Shown here: positions 50,433-63,521 of the stretch, one piece after another
Layout: every line of letters starts with the position of its first letter
How positions within the stretch are numbered: the first letter of the stretch is position 1
NCBI RefSeq assembly: GCF_044704955.1
Contig: NC_091990.1
Span: 187,302,001-187,366,000, forward strand
DNA length: 64,000 nt
Direction of reading: 5' to 3'
Source of the DNA: Pristiophorus japonicus
Taxonomy: Eukaryota
Translations under genes and position numbers: made by a program
The notes under the pieces: generated by a model
The model's input: only the letters and a program-made list of their open reading frames with translations
What the model was told of the DNA's origin: nothing
Databases searched by the model: none

Positions 50433-51354
50433 TCGCTGTCAGAAATACAGACACTGACAGACAGAGAATGAGAGACACACACACAGACAGACAGAGAGAT
50501 AGAGACACTGACAGAGACACACTGGGGGGGCCGTCCCAGCACGCTGTTGGAGGACTCCCGGTGCTGCAGTCGGTAAGTAGAACATGTTTTATTTATTGAT
50601 TTTTAAAATTAAAAAAAAAAATGTATTAATTTTTTTGGATTGATTTATTGGTTGATTTATTGATGTATTTATCATTTATTTTGATGATGGCTCTTTATTT
50701 GTAAAACTGAAGTGTTTAATGTTTGTAAATTTCCCTTTAAACCCTAGCCCCCCCCCCCCCATTCCCTACGCCTGATTTTCTAAAGTGTAGACAGGTTTTT
50801 TCGAACGTACAAAAATATTCACTTACTCCATTCTAAGTTAGTTTGGAGTAAGTTTTCATTGCCTAAACTTTGAAAACAGGCGTAAGTAGCCGGGCATGCC
50901 CCCTTTTGAAAAAAAAATTCTGTTCCAAAGTGAAACTGTTTTAACTGACTAGAACTGGAGCAAACTAAATGCCGAGAATTCAAATTTCTAAGATACTCCA
51001 TTCTAAACCAGTTGCTCCAAAAAATCAGGAGCAACTCAGGCCAAAACTTGGCTCCATAGTCTCAGAATAAGGGGCCGCCCATTTAAAACTGAGATGAGGA
51101 GAAATTTCTTCTCTCAGAGGGTTGTAAATCTGTGGAATTCTCTGCCCCAAAGAGCTGTGGAAGCTGGGTCATTGAATATATTTAAGGTGGAGATAGACAG
51201 ATTTTTGAGCGATAAGGGAATAAAGGGTTATGGGGAGCGGGCAGGGAAGTGGAGCTGAGTCCATGATCAGTTCAGCCATGATATTAAATGGCAGACCAGG
51301 CTCAAGGGGCCAGGTGGCCTACTCCTGCTTCTATTTCTTATGTTCTTATGTAAG

Positions 51355-54216
51355 AGCAGGGGTGGGGCCAATTATGGACCAAAATGGTGACATACGCATG
51401 GAGGCAGAGGGCACATCTGAGGTACTAAATGGATACTTTGCATGTGTCTTTACCAAAGAAGAAGATGCTGCCAAAGTCATAGTGAAAGATGAGGTAGTTG
51501 AGAAACTGGATAGGATAAAAATTGATAAGGAGGAGGTACTAGAAAGTGGATAAGTCACCAGGACCAGATGGGATGCATCCTTGGATGCTGAGAGAGGCAA
51601 GTGTGGAAATTGCATAGATACTAGCCATTGTCTTCCAATCCTCTTACTACTAGGGGGAATCAAGGGGTATGGCGAGAAAGCAGGAATGGGGTACTGAAGT
51701 TGCATGTTCAACTATGAACTCATTGAATGGCGGTGCAGGCTAGAAGGGCCGAATGGCCTACTCCTGCACCTATTTTCTATGTTTCTATGTTTCTATGTTT
51801 CTATGTTTCTTGAGATATGGTGATATGGTGAGTGGTGAGTGGTGCCAGAGGACTGGAAAATTGCAAATGTTACACCCTTGTTCCAAAAAGAGTGTAAGGA
51901 TAAACTCAGCAATCACAGAAGCTTTTAGAAATGATAATGCGAGATAAAATTAACATTCACATGGGCAAGTGTGAATTAATTAAGGAAAGCCAGCATGGAA
52001 TTGTTCAAGGCAAATTGTGTTTAACTAACTTGATTGAGTTTTTTGATGAGGTATCAGAGAGGGTTGATGAGGGCAATGCGGTTGATGTGGTGTACATGGA
52101 ATTCCAAAACGCCTGGATTTGGGGAATGAGGTAGGTCAGGTGGAGCAAGTGTCAGTAGGAGAACTTTTAGAAAAAGTGATCATAGTAACGTAAGGTTTAG
52201 ATTAGCTATGGAAAAGGATGAGGAGCAATCTAGAGTAAAAATATTTAATTGGAGGAATGCCAATTTCAGTGGGATGAAGATTGGCAGGCAAAACTGTACT
52301 CGAACAATGAGTCTTTAAAGAGGAGATTGTTCAGGTACAGTCGAGGTACATTCCCACAAGGGGGAAAGGTAGGGCAACCATAGCCAGAGCTTCCTGAAGT
52401 GAAAAAGGAAATAAGAGAGAGTATGTGAAAAGATTGGCAGCTAACATAAAAGGGAATACAAAAGTCTTCTATCGGCATATTATTAGAACATAAGAAGATA
52501 AGAACAAAAGAAATAGGAGCAGGAGTAGGCCATCTGGCTCCTCAAGCCTGCTCTGCCATTCAATAATATCATGGCTGATCTGATCTAGCCCTCAACTCCA
52601 CTTCCCTGCTGTCTCCCCATAACTCTTGACTCCCTAATAAATGGGTAGTAAGAGGAGGGGAGGGGCTGATTAGGGACCAAAAAAGAGACATACACATGGA
52701 AGCAGAAGGCATGGCTGAGGTACTAAATGAGTACGAAATGAGGATGGTGCTGCGAAAGTCATAGTGAAAGAAGAGATGGTTACAATACTGGATGGGATAA
52801 AAATTGATAAAGATGAGGGACTAAAAAGGCTGGCTGTACTTAAAGTAGATAAGTCACCAGGACTGGATGAGATGCATCCTAGGATGCTGAGGGAAGTAAA
52901 GGTGTAAATTGCAGAGGTACTGGCCATAATCTTCCAATCTTCCTTGGATATGCAGCTGGTGCCAGAGGACTGGAGAATTGCCAACATTACATTTGTTCAA
53001 AAAAGTGCATAATGATAAACCCAGCAACAAGAGGCCGGTCAGTTTAACCTCGGTAGTGGAGAAGTTTGTAAAAACAATTAACCGGGATAAAATTAACAGT
53101 CACTTGGACAAGTATGGATTAATTAAAAGAAAGCCAGCATGGATTTGTTGATGGCAAATCATATTTAAATAACTTGATTGAGTTTTCTGATGAGATAACA
53201 GAGGGGGTTGATGAGAGCAATGCAGTTGATGTGGAGTACATGGACTTCCAAAAAGCGTTGATAAAGTGCCAGCAAAGTTGAAACCCATGGAATAAAACGG
53301 ACAGTGGCAGCATGGATACGAAATTGGCTCAGTGACAGGAAACAGAGAGTAGTGGTGAGCGGTTGTTTTTCGTACTGGAGGAAGGTATACAGTGGTGTTT
53401 CCCAGGGGCCGGTACTGGGACCATAGCTTTTCTTGATATATATTAATGACTTGGGTGTACAGGGCACAATTTCAAAATTTGCAGATGACACAAAATTTGA
53501 AAGTATAGTGAACAGTGAGGAGGATAGTGATAGAATTCAAGAAGACATAGACAGGCTCGTGGAATGGGCGGACACGTGGCAGGTGAAATTTAATGCAGAA
53601 ATATAATAAGAATATAAGAACATAAGAACATAAGAAATAGGAACAGGAGTAGGCCATATGGCCCCTTGAGCCTGCTCAGCCATTCAATAAGATCATGGCT
53701 GATCCGATCATAGACTCAGCTCCACTTCCCCGCCTGCTCCCCATAACCCCTTATCCCGTTATTGTTTAAGAAACTGTCTATTTCAGTCTTAAATTTATTC
53801 AATGCCCCAGCTCTCTGAGAGAAGAGGGTTTTAAATGGACGGCCCCTTATTCTAAGATCATGCCCTCTAGTTCTAGTCTCCCCCATCAGTGGAAACAACC
53901 TCTCTGCATCCACCTTGTTAAGCCCCCTCATAACCTTATATATTTCGATAAGATCATCTCTCATTCTTTTGAATTCCAATTGTAGAGGCCCAACCTACTC
54001 AACCTTTGCTCATAAGTCAACCCCCATGTATGCGAAGTGATACATTTTGGTAGGAAGTCCAAGGAGAGGCAACATAAATGAAAGGGTACTATTCTAAAGA
54101 GCGTGCATGAACAGAGACACCTGGGGGTATATGTGCACAAATCGTTAAAGGTGGCAGGGCAGGTTGAGAAAGCGAGTAAAAAAGCATACAGGATCCTGGG
54201 CTTCATAAATAGAGGC
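51355..54216 (+). mobile_element. Two adjacent decayed CR1 ORF2 fragments with nested CR1 tails (51645-51810 +, 52485-52635 -, 53605-54025 -)
   Basis: Repeated YFA.VFTKEEDAAK, SQHG..GK.CLTNLIEF and FADDTK blocks; octamer tails at the insert ends. Confidence 0.75.
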
Positions 54217-55470
54217 ATAGAAACATAGAAACCTAGAAAATAGGTGCAGGAGTAGGCCATTCGGCCCTTCGAGCCTGCACCACCATTAAATAAGATAATG
54301 GCTGATCATTCACCTCAGTAGCCCTTTCCTGTTTTCTCTCCATACCCTTGATCCCTTCAGCCGTAAGGGCCATATCTAACTCCCTCTTGAATATATCCAA
54401 TGAACTGGCATCAACAACTCTCTGCGGTAGGGAATTCCACAGGTTAACAACTCTCTGAATGAAGAAGTTTCTCCTCATCTCAGTCCTAAATGGCTTACCC
54501 CTTATCCTTAGACTGTGTCCCCTGGTTCTGGACTTCCCCAACATTGGGAACATTCTTTCTGCATCTAACCTGTCCAGTCCTGTCAGAATTTTATAGGTTT
54601 CTATGAGATCCCCTCTCATCCTTCTAAACTCCAGTGAATACAGGCCCATTGATCCAGTCTCTCCTCATATGTCTGTCCTGCCATCCCGGGAATCAGTCTG
54701 GTGAACCTTCACTGCACTCCCTCAATAGCAAGAACGTCCTTCCTCGGATTAGGAGACCAAAACTGTACACAATATTCCAGGTGAGGCCTCACCAAGGCCC
54801 TGTAAAACTGCAGTAAGACCTCCCTGCTCCTATACTCAAATCCCCTAGCTATGAAGGCCAACGTGCCATTTTCCTTCTTCACCGTCTGCCGTACCTGCAG
54901 GCTAACTTTCAATGACTGATGAATCATGATACCCAGGTCTTGCTGCACCTCCCCTTTTCCTAATCTGCTGCCATTCAGATAATATTCTGTCCTCGTCTTT
55001 TTACCCCCAAAGTGGATAACCTGACATTTATCCACATTATACGGCATCTACCATGCATTTGCCCACTCATCTAACCTGTCCAAGTCAGCCTGCAGCCTCT
55101 TAGCTTCCTCCTCACAGCTCACACCACCACCCAGCTTAGTGTCATCTGCAAACTTGGAGATATTACACTCAATTCCTTCATCTAAATCATTAATATATAT
55201 TGTAAATAGCTGGGGCCCCAGCACTGAACCCTGCGGCACCCCACTGGTCACTGCCTGTCATTCTGAAAAGGACCCGTTTATCCCGACTCTCTGCTTCCTG
55301 TCTGCCAACCAGTTCTCTATCAACATCAGTACATTACCCCCAATACCATGTGCTTTAATTTTGCACACGAATCTCTTGTGGGACCGTGTCAAAAGCCTTT
55401 TGAAAGTCCAAATACACCACATCCACTGGTTCTCCCTTGTCCACTCTACTAATTACATCCTCAAAAAATT
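54216..55470 (-). mobile_element. CR1 3' portion, (TTTCTATG)n subfamily
   Basis: [17 protein letters not shown] and RPHLEYCVQFWSP in ORFs 54233-55251. Confidence 0.92.
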
Positions 55471-55479
55471 CTACCCTCA

Positions 55480-56155
55480 AATCTACCACTCAAATCTATC
55501 CTCAAATCCAGCACCAAATTCATGGTCTACAGGGCTGTAGTAATACCTGCCCTCCTGTATGGATCTGAGGCATGGACGATGTATAGAAGGCACCTCAAGT
55601 CACTGGAGATATATCACCAACGATGTCTCTGCAAGATCCTGTAAATCCCCTGGGAGTTCAGGCGCACCAACATCAGTGTCCTCGACCAGGCTAACATCAC
55701 CAGTATTGAAGCATTGACCACACTCGATCAACTTCACTGGGCAGGCCACATAGTACGTATGCCAGATACGAGACTCCTTAAGTAATTGCTTTATGCGGAG
55801 CTCCTTCATGGTAAATGAGCCAAATGTTATAAGGACACCCTCAAAGCCTCCCTGGTAAAGTGTGACATCGCCACTGACACCTGGGAGATCCTGGCCGCAG
55901 ACCGCCCGAGGTGGAGAAAGTCCATCCGGGAGGGCGTTGAGCTCTTCAAGTCTCAACACAAAGAGCATGAAGAGGCCAAGCACAGGCAGCGGAAGGAGCG
56001 CGCGGCAAACCAGCCCTACGACCCCCTCCCCCGATGAAGGTCTGTCCCACCTATAACAGGGTCTGTGGCTTTCTTATCGGACTGTTCAGCCATCAAAGAA
56101 CTCACTTTGGGAGTGGAAGCAAGTCTTCCTCAATTCCGAGGGACTGCCTATGATA
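55480..56155 (+). mobile_element. RTE LINE 3' portion
   Basis: MVYRAVVIPALLYGSEAW, WAGHIVRMPDTRL; tail ccgagggactgcctatgat. Confidence 0.88.
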
Positions 56156-57389
56156 AATTATTCTATGATTCTATCATCCTAGTAAGTCTCTTCTGTACCT
56201 TCACAATGGCCTTAAAAGATGTCGCGATGTCGAGGCCATATTTACTTAGGTCAGACCCAACAAGTCTCGAGCTGTTTAATGGAAACGTTTTGCTTCCCAC
56301 TGTTGTCGAGTTGATTATGCAATGCTCTCTGTCATACGCTACAAGGAGAAGGACATCTCCGCTAAATTCCCATGAAGAGTTGTTGTGATTTGTGTTATGT
56401 ATTTGGGATCTTATCACACCACCACTGAGCTAGTTGCTTCTGACTTGGTGAGACTCTGGTTAACTTGCTCTGCAGTTTTGGATCCTCTATCTCTGCCTCT
56501 CCTATTTATAATTAATTACGTTTTTAAATCGTAAAACCAGTTTTCTACATTACAAATACATTTTAAATAGCCCATGGTTCATTTTCATTTTTTGGTATTA
56601 AAATATTTAACTTCAACTCTGTCTCTATTTTAGCTCACTACACTTCATAGCTAGATTTGAATAAAACATTTATCAGAACTTTTGTCTTCGGGAAAAGGAA
56701 CACGACCAAGCTTTGTGCGGGTTTGCTTGACCCTGATAATCCTTTTCATTTGTTTTACAATGTGCTGTGAACCATTTCTCTGAACAATTCCGAAGTTGAC
56801 ATTTTCAGCAACATAAAATCAACATGATTATTATCAATGTTTATGTCTCAGCATTTTAAAATATCCATTGACATTCTCGTGAGAAAACAGGTAATACTTT
56901 AAGCTTTAGTATTTTCGCTTTGGGGTCACCTTGCTGCCAGTGTTACTCTCCCACTGGCTTCACCTGAGCCATCTGGAAACGCAGAAGGAAGAATTGTTTT
57001 ATAAATTTATGGTAAATTTTTTAACTATTTTGAGCTTTTGTCCTGTGACTGTTTTTTTTCCCATACAGATGCTGTTAGAAACTGACTAATATGGTTTGTG
57101 CTGTCTTCATATATCCGGGAATATCGGGGTCAACCTCAGTACATTGGATGGAGGGCTATTTGCATGCAATAAGAGAGCGACCAAATTCACATTGCTTTAA
57201 ATACTCAGTGGATCTATTTTTCCCACAATGGTCACTACATCTATAAAAACAATATTGTATTGAGCACTTTGAAACGTTTGGTCGTGATTTACTCCTTATA
57301 TGTATCCAAGCATGTTATTAATTTATTTCTACAAATCAAAAGGTAAAAGGTCCAGAGAAGAGTTTGATTGGCCACTTGACATTGGTTGG

Positions 57390-60300
57390 TTAATTCCGAA
57401 AAGAACGACTAAAAAAATGATTAAGAAAGGGAAGATAGACTATGAAAGTAAACTAGCACAAAATATAAAAACAGATAGCAAGAGTTTCAATAGGTATATA
57501 AAAAGGAAAAGAGTGGCTAAAGTAAATGTTGGTCCCTTAGAGGATGGGGGGGGGGGGGGGGCAGAATTAGTAATGAGGAACATGGAGATGGCAGAAACTC
57601 TGAACAAATATTTTGTATCAGTCTTTACAGTAGAGGACACTAACAATATTCCAACAGTGGATAGTCAAGGGGCTATGGGGGGTGGGGGAGGAACTTAATA
57701 CAATCACAATCACTAAGGAGGTGGTACTCAGTAAGATAACGGGACTAAAGGCAGATAAATCCCCTGGACCTGATGGCTTGCATCCTAGGGTCTTGAGAAA
57801 AGTAGCGGCAGGGATTGTGAATGCATTGGTTGTAATTTACCAAAATTCCCTGGATTCCGGGGAAGTCCCAGCAGATTGGAAAACTGCAAATGTAATGCCC
57901 CTATTTAAAAAAGAAGGCAGACAAAAAGCAGGAAACTATAGACCAGTTATCCTAACATCTGTGGTTGGGAAAATGTTGCAGTAGCAGAACATTTGGATAA
58001 GCAAAATTCGGTCAGGCAGAGTCAGCATGGATTTATGAAGGGGACGTCATGTTTGACAAATTTGCTAGAGTTCGTTGAAGATGTAACGAACAGGGTGGAT
58101 AAAGGGGAAACAGTGGATGTGGTGTATTTGGACTTCCAGAAGACATTTGACAAGGTGCCACATAAAAGGTTACTGCAGAAGATAAAAGTTAACGGGGTTA
58201 GGGGTAATATATTAACATGGATAGAGGATTGGCTAACTAACAGAAAACAGAGAGTCGGGATAAATGGTTCACTCTCTGGTTAGCAACCAGTAACTAGTGG
58301 GATGCCGCAAGGATCAGTGTTGGGACCCCAACTATTTACAATCTATATTAACAACTTGGAAGAAGGGACTGAGTGTAATGTAGCCAAGTTTGCTGATGAT
58401 ACAAAGATGGGAGGAAAAGCAATGTGTGAGGAGGGGACAAAAAATCTGCAAAAGGACATACAGGCTAAGTGAGTGGGCAAAAATTTGGCAAATGGAGTAT
58501 AATGTTGGAAAGTGTGAGGTCATGAATTTTGGTAGAAAAAAAATCAAAGAGCAAGTTATTATTTAAATGGAGAAAGATTGCAAAGTGCTGCAGTACAGCG
58601 GGACATGGAGGTACTTGTGCATGAAACATAAAAGGATAGTATGCAGGTACAGCAAGTGATCAGGAAGGCCAATGGTATCTTGGCCTTTATTGCAAAGAGG
58701 ATGGAGTATAAAAGCAGGGAAGTCTTGCTATAGCTATACAAGATATTGGTGAGGCCACACCTGGAATACTGCGTGCAGTTTTGGTTTCCATATTTATGAA
58801 AGGATATACTTGCTTTGGAGGCAGTTCAGAGAAGGTTCAGTAGATTGATTCTGGGGATGAGGGGGTTGACTTATGAGGAAAGGTTGAGCATGTTGGGACA
58901 CTACTCATTGGAGCTCAGAAGAATGAGAGGTGATCTTATCGAAACGTATAATCAACACAAATAACCTTCCGGAAATACTAGGGGTTCGAGGGTCTAGCGA
59001 AAAGGAGGAACTGAAGGAAATCCTTATTAGTCAGGAAATTGTGTTAGGGAAATTGATGTGATTGAAGGCCGATAAATCCCCAGGGCCTGATAGGCTGCAT
59101 CCCAGAGTACTTAAGGAAGTGGCCCTAGAAATAGTGGATGCATTGGTGATCATTTTCCAACATTCAATAGACTCTGGATCAGTTCCTATGGACTGAAGGG
59201 TAGCTAATGTAACACCACTTTTAAAAAAAGGAGTGAGAGAGTAAACGGGGAATTATAGATCAGTTAGCCTGACATCGGTGGTGGGGAAAATGTTGGAATC
59301 AATTATTAAAGATGAAATAGCTGTGCATTTGGAAAGCATTGATAGGATCGGTCCAAGTCAGCATGGATTTATGAAAGGGAAATCATGGTTGACAAATCTT
59401 TTGGAATTTTTTGAGGATGTAACTAGTAGAGTGGACAAGGGAGAACCAGTGGATGTGGTGTATTTGGACTTTCAAAAGGCTTTTGACAAGATCCCACACA
59501 AGAGATTAGTGTGCAAAATTAAAGCACATGGTATTGAGGGTAATGTATTGACATGGATAGAGAACTGGTTGGCAGACAGAAAGCAGAGAGTCAGAATTTC
59601 AGAATGGCAGGCAGTGACTAGTGGGGTGCTGCAGGGTTCAGTGCTGGGACCCCAGCTATTTACAATATACATCAATGATTTAGATGAAGGAATTGAATGT
59701 AATAACTCCAAGTTTGCAGATGACACTAAGCTGGGTGGTAGTGTGAGTTGTGAGGAGGATGCTAAGAGACTGCAGGATGACTTGGACAGGTTAGGTGAGT
59801 GAGCAAATGCATGGCAGATGCAGTATAATGTGGATCAATGTGAGGTTATCCACTTTGGTGGCAAAAACAGGAAGACAGAATATTATCTGAATGGTGACAG
59901 ATTAGGAAAAGGTGAGGTGCAACGAGACCTGGGTGTCATGGTTCATCAGTCATTGAAAGTTGGCATGCAGGTACAGCAGGCAGTGAAGAAGGCAAATGGC
60001 ACGTTGGCCTTCATAGTGAGGGGATTTGAGTATAGGAGCAGGGAGGTCTTATTGCAGTTGTACAGGGCCTTGGTGAGGCCACACCTGGACTATTGTGTTC
60101 AGTTTTGGTCCCCTAATCTGAGGAAGGATGTTCTTGCTATTGAGGGAGTGCAGCGAAGGTTCACCAGATTGATTCCCAGGATATCAGGACTGATATATGA
60201 GGAGAGACTGGATCAACTGGGCTTGTATCCACTGGAATTTAGAAGAATGAGAGCGGATCTCATAGAAACATATAAAATTCTGACAGGATTGGACAGGTTA

Positions 60301-61020
60301 GAGGCAGGAAGAATGTTCCCATTGCTGGGGAGTTCCAGAACCAGGGGTCACAGTCTAAGAATAAGGGGTAAGCTATTTAGGACCGAGATGAGGAGAAACT
60401 TCTTCACTCAAAGAGTGGTTAACCTGTGGAATTCTCTACCGCAGAAAGTTGTTGAGGCCAGTTTATTAGATATATTCAAAGGGGAGTTAGATATGGCCCT
60501 TACGGCCAAAGGGATCAAGGGGTATGGAGAGAAAACAGGAACGGGGTACTGAGGTTGAATGATCAGCTATGATCTTATTGAATGGCGGTGCTGGCTCAAA
60601 GGGCCGAATGGCCTACTCCTGCACCTAATTTTTATGTTTCTATGGTTCTAATATGAGGGTGCTTGACAAGGTGGATGCAGAGAGGATGTTTCCACTGAAT
60701 GGGGAAACTAGAACTAGAGGGCATGATCTTAGAATAAGGGGCCGCTCATTTAAAATAGAAATGAGGAGGAATTCCTTCTCTCAGAGGGCTGTAGATTTGT
60801 GGAATTTGCTGCCTTGGAGAGCTGTGGAAGCTGGGACATTGAATAAATTTAAGACAGAAATAGACAGTTTCTTGAGTGATAAGGGGATAAGGGATTATGG
60901 GGAGCGGGTGGGGAAGTGGAGCTGAGTCCATGATCAGATCAGCCATGATCTTATTGAATGGTGGAGCAGGCTTGATGGGCCGTATGGCCTACTCCTGTTC
61001 CTATTTCTTATGTTCTTATG
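57390..61020 (+). mobile_element. CR1, (TTCTTATG)n subfamily, with a nested CR1
   Basis: KSPGPDGLHPR to RT ORFs 57682-58283; resumes at about 60652 (MRVLDKVDAERMFP); octamer tail. Confidence 0.9.
58953..60650 (+). mobile_element. CR1, (TTTCTATG)n subfamily, nested
   Basis: RT ORFs 59278-59802 and 59818-60552, very similar to 35567-36987. Confidence 0.9.
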
Positions 61021-62882
61021 TAATCCATCTACTTATTTGAAAAGCCTTGTAATAATGATACATTCTGACACATTTACCCGAAGTTATGAATGAAGTGCTA
61101 TAGATAAATGGGGTTTAAAGAATCGTTTTAATATTAAAGACATGGATTGAACTACGTGTAATAACAAAATGAATACACATTACCATTTCCACAGTTTTGA
61201 ACAAAATTCTAGTGCAAATAAAAATTCTTTATTGATAACAAAATCCTTTCAATAATCCTATTGATCTCAGTTTATCCGGGAGTAGATGCTCACAAACAAC
61301 CTGAAGCTTTACAAGTTAGATAACAAATAGAATAGTGCATTTCTCGAAAGAAAGGTAGCAGAAACCTGCTTGCGGCGTGTTTATCCCTTTACCTGTTAAA
61401 GCAGTCACGGTTCAGAAAGCAGAGAGCGCAGCTCTCCACAAATGCTACAAGTTAGTGAAAACTACAATCAACAATATCATGCAAGAAGCATTCATGATGT
61501 GGGTCGTAGGTGTGTGTGAATATTTCTGTCAGTTCCAAGGCACTGATTCATTCTGGTTCACTTCCACCCAGCCCCGTTTCATAGTCTCACTAAACTGTCG
61601 CCGCCGCTCCTCCAGCAAATAAACTCTCGAGAACCAATTCGCCGAGTCTGTTGTATCAGCGGTCCAATATGGTCCAGTTGTCCTTATGTGATTTGGTGCC
61701 GTGTCGTTTATACTCTGAGAGCCAGAGATTTCAAATAAGATCATTCGCAGTCGGACCGAGCGATTGTAATTTTTAGACGTCCGATTTAATAAGAATAAAT
61801 TATATCAAAAATATCAATAATGTTGAAGATCTGCGTTAGATCGAATTCGTCTCCATATAATTAAATATAACTAATATAATTGCGCGGTTATTATCTCCAA
61901 TAACAACCAAGTAATTAAGGCGACTCTATTCTGGATTCAGACCATGATCAGCAGGAACTTTAACTTGTTCCTTAACAGGTGAACTCCACAATCTGCCTCT
62001 GACTGGCCGCGTTCTTCTGGAATTTGTTGGTTTACAAATTGTATTTATGCTGTGACCTGCACGAACAGCCTGCGTTCTTAGAGTAAATGAATAATAAAAC
62101 GCCAAGAGGAGAAGAAACAAAAGCAACGGAAGCTTCCATTGGTTTATTGCTCTGAATTCCGTTACATTACAGCAAGGTATTCTTAAAAGAGATGTCAGTT
62201 GTTTAATTTTATTGGGATAAATTAAAATGTTTTAAAATGTGTTGTTGGGATGTGAGCCCAATCCTGGTGGCCCTGCCTAGTGTGTTTACGCTACTTAGAT
62301 CCCGACTTAACTTCCAAGTTATAGTTAGAAATGCAACCAGTGAAGAAGGCGCTTTGTGTGTTGCAAAAACATTCAGACTGGTTATGGGAAAGAAAGCCGC
62401 AATATTAAGATCACTAATTTACAATTGCTATTTCCCCAAATTGCCCTGCAGTGCTGAATGGAAACAAAGGGGCCTCTAAAATGTAAATAGCAAAATAAAG
62501 ACATTTGAGTTCAACCTAATTTATTTAAATAATTAATCCTGACCATGTCATTGTTTGTTGCTGGACAGAACGTTATTGACCAGCTCCCCTGTGGATCAGT
62601 GGTTAGTTGGAGAATTTGGATTTGAAGCGCTGAAACAGATTAGAGTGTTGGAAAGTGATTTTGCAATTTCAGTTCCCGCGTAACTGACACGTCCCCTTCT
62701 CTATTGCATTTCCTCCCCATGTTTAATAGCTAAAACTATTGGACCCTCTGCACCTAGGTCTTCAGGATGCTTGTGGTTCACCATGGAGACGAGATGTGAT
62801 GGATGGCGCTTCCATTCTCCCTGCCCCTGCTGATCCCGAGTGCTTTCCAAAAGACACCGGTGCATCTTCACGTTGCCTCGGG

Positions 62883-63521
62883 TTACTTGGATTGTGAGCT
62901 GTCGGTTACCCTGTAAACTGAGTATCCCTCGGAGGAGCAAACCCTGGCGGTTTCCACGGCAACGGTTGCCTGGGACACGGCGTCCCTAGCCGGCTCCCGC
63001 TCCACGTGGTCCCCGGGCAGCCGCAGCAGAGATTGCAACTCCTTGATGTACTTGATGGCGGCTCTCAGAGTTTCCACCTTGCTGAGTCTTTTCTCGGAGA
63101 ACTCCTGCGGGAGATGCTGCCGCAGCCGCGCGTAGCCCTCGTTGACACACTTCACCCGCTGCCTCTCCCTCTCGTTGCGCTTGCGGATGAACGCGGGCTC
63201 ATAGGCGTAATCGTAGACCCCGCTGAAGGGGTTGTGGAAAGGGATCTGAGGGTAATAGTGCCAGGCAGCGTAAGCCTCGCCGCCGAACACATCGGTGTAG
63301 GTGTGATCAGCGCAGGACAGCATCGGGATCTCATCGGGGTGACGGAGCCGGGGCGGCTCGGCGCTCGGCTGTAACCCAGAAAGATCGGCGGAGAGCGGCG
63401 GGGCCATCTGCATGTAGGCGGCATCTCCCAGCGTTATCCTCTCCATCAGACTGGCGTAACTTTCCGGCTCCATCTGATACACGTAACCCGGGGATGTCAC
63501 AGCCATAGAGCTTTCGATCAT
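62883..63521 (-). CDS. ASCL3: Achaete-scute family bHLH transcription factor, ASCL3 by synteny (212 aa from first ATG)
   Basis: EPAFIRKRNERERQRVKCVNEGYARLRQHLP...KRLSKVETLRAAIKYI bHLH of the ASCL3/4/5 group; acceptor cttcttccccttgctcgcccag ending at 63538 precedes the ATG; CpG-island composition; adjacent to C11orf16 and AKIP1. Confidence 0.9.
   Translation of the reverse strand: MIESSMAVTSPGYVYQMEPESYASLMERITLGDAAYMQMAPPLSADLSGLQPSAEPPRLRHPDEIPMLSCADHTYTDVFGGEAYAAWHYYPQIPFHNPFSGVYDYAYEPAFIRKRNERERQRVKCVNEGYARLRQHLPQEFSEKRLSKVETLRAAIKYIKELQSLLRLPGDHVEREPARDAVSQATVAVETARVCSSEGYSVYRVTDSSQSK

Larger units (their letters stand above)
49017..51055. mobile_element. Non-autonomous PIF/Harbinger-like element with low-complexity core
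   Basis: TIRs GGGCCCAAGTTT / AAACTTGGCTCC, 3-bp TSD ATA, clean interruption of CR1. Confidence 0.8.
48660..51350 (+). mobile_element. CR1 3' portion split by a DNA transposon
   Basis: ggggacata | atagtctcagaataagg rejoin (TRGHSLRI); ttcttatg tail. Confidence 0.85.

Noticed and set aside
49223-50599. Long Pro-rich and Gly/Glu-rich ORFs (up to 331 aa) in several frames
   Set aside because: Artefact of a stop-free C/T low-complexity tract plus an N gap inside a TIR element
33918-61020. An intact autonomous retrotransposon or a prokaryote-like RT system (retron, DGR, group II intron)
   Set aside because: All RT segments are CR1/L2/RTE ORF2 remnants broken by stops, frameshifts or insertions, in a spliceosomal gene context
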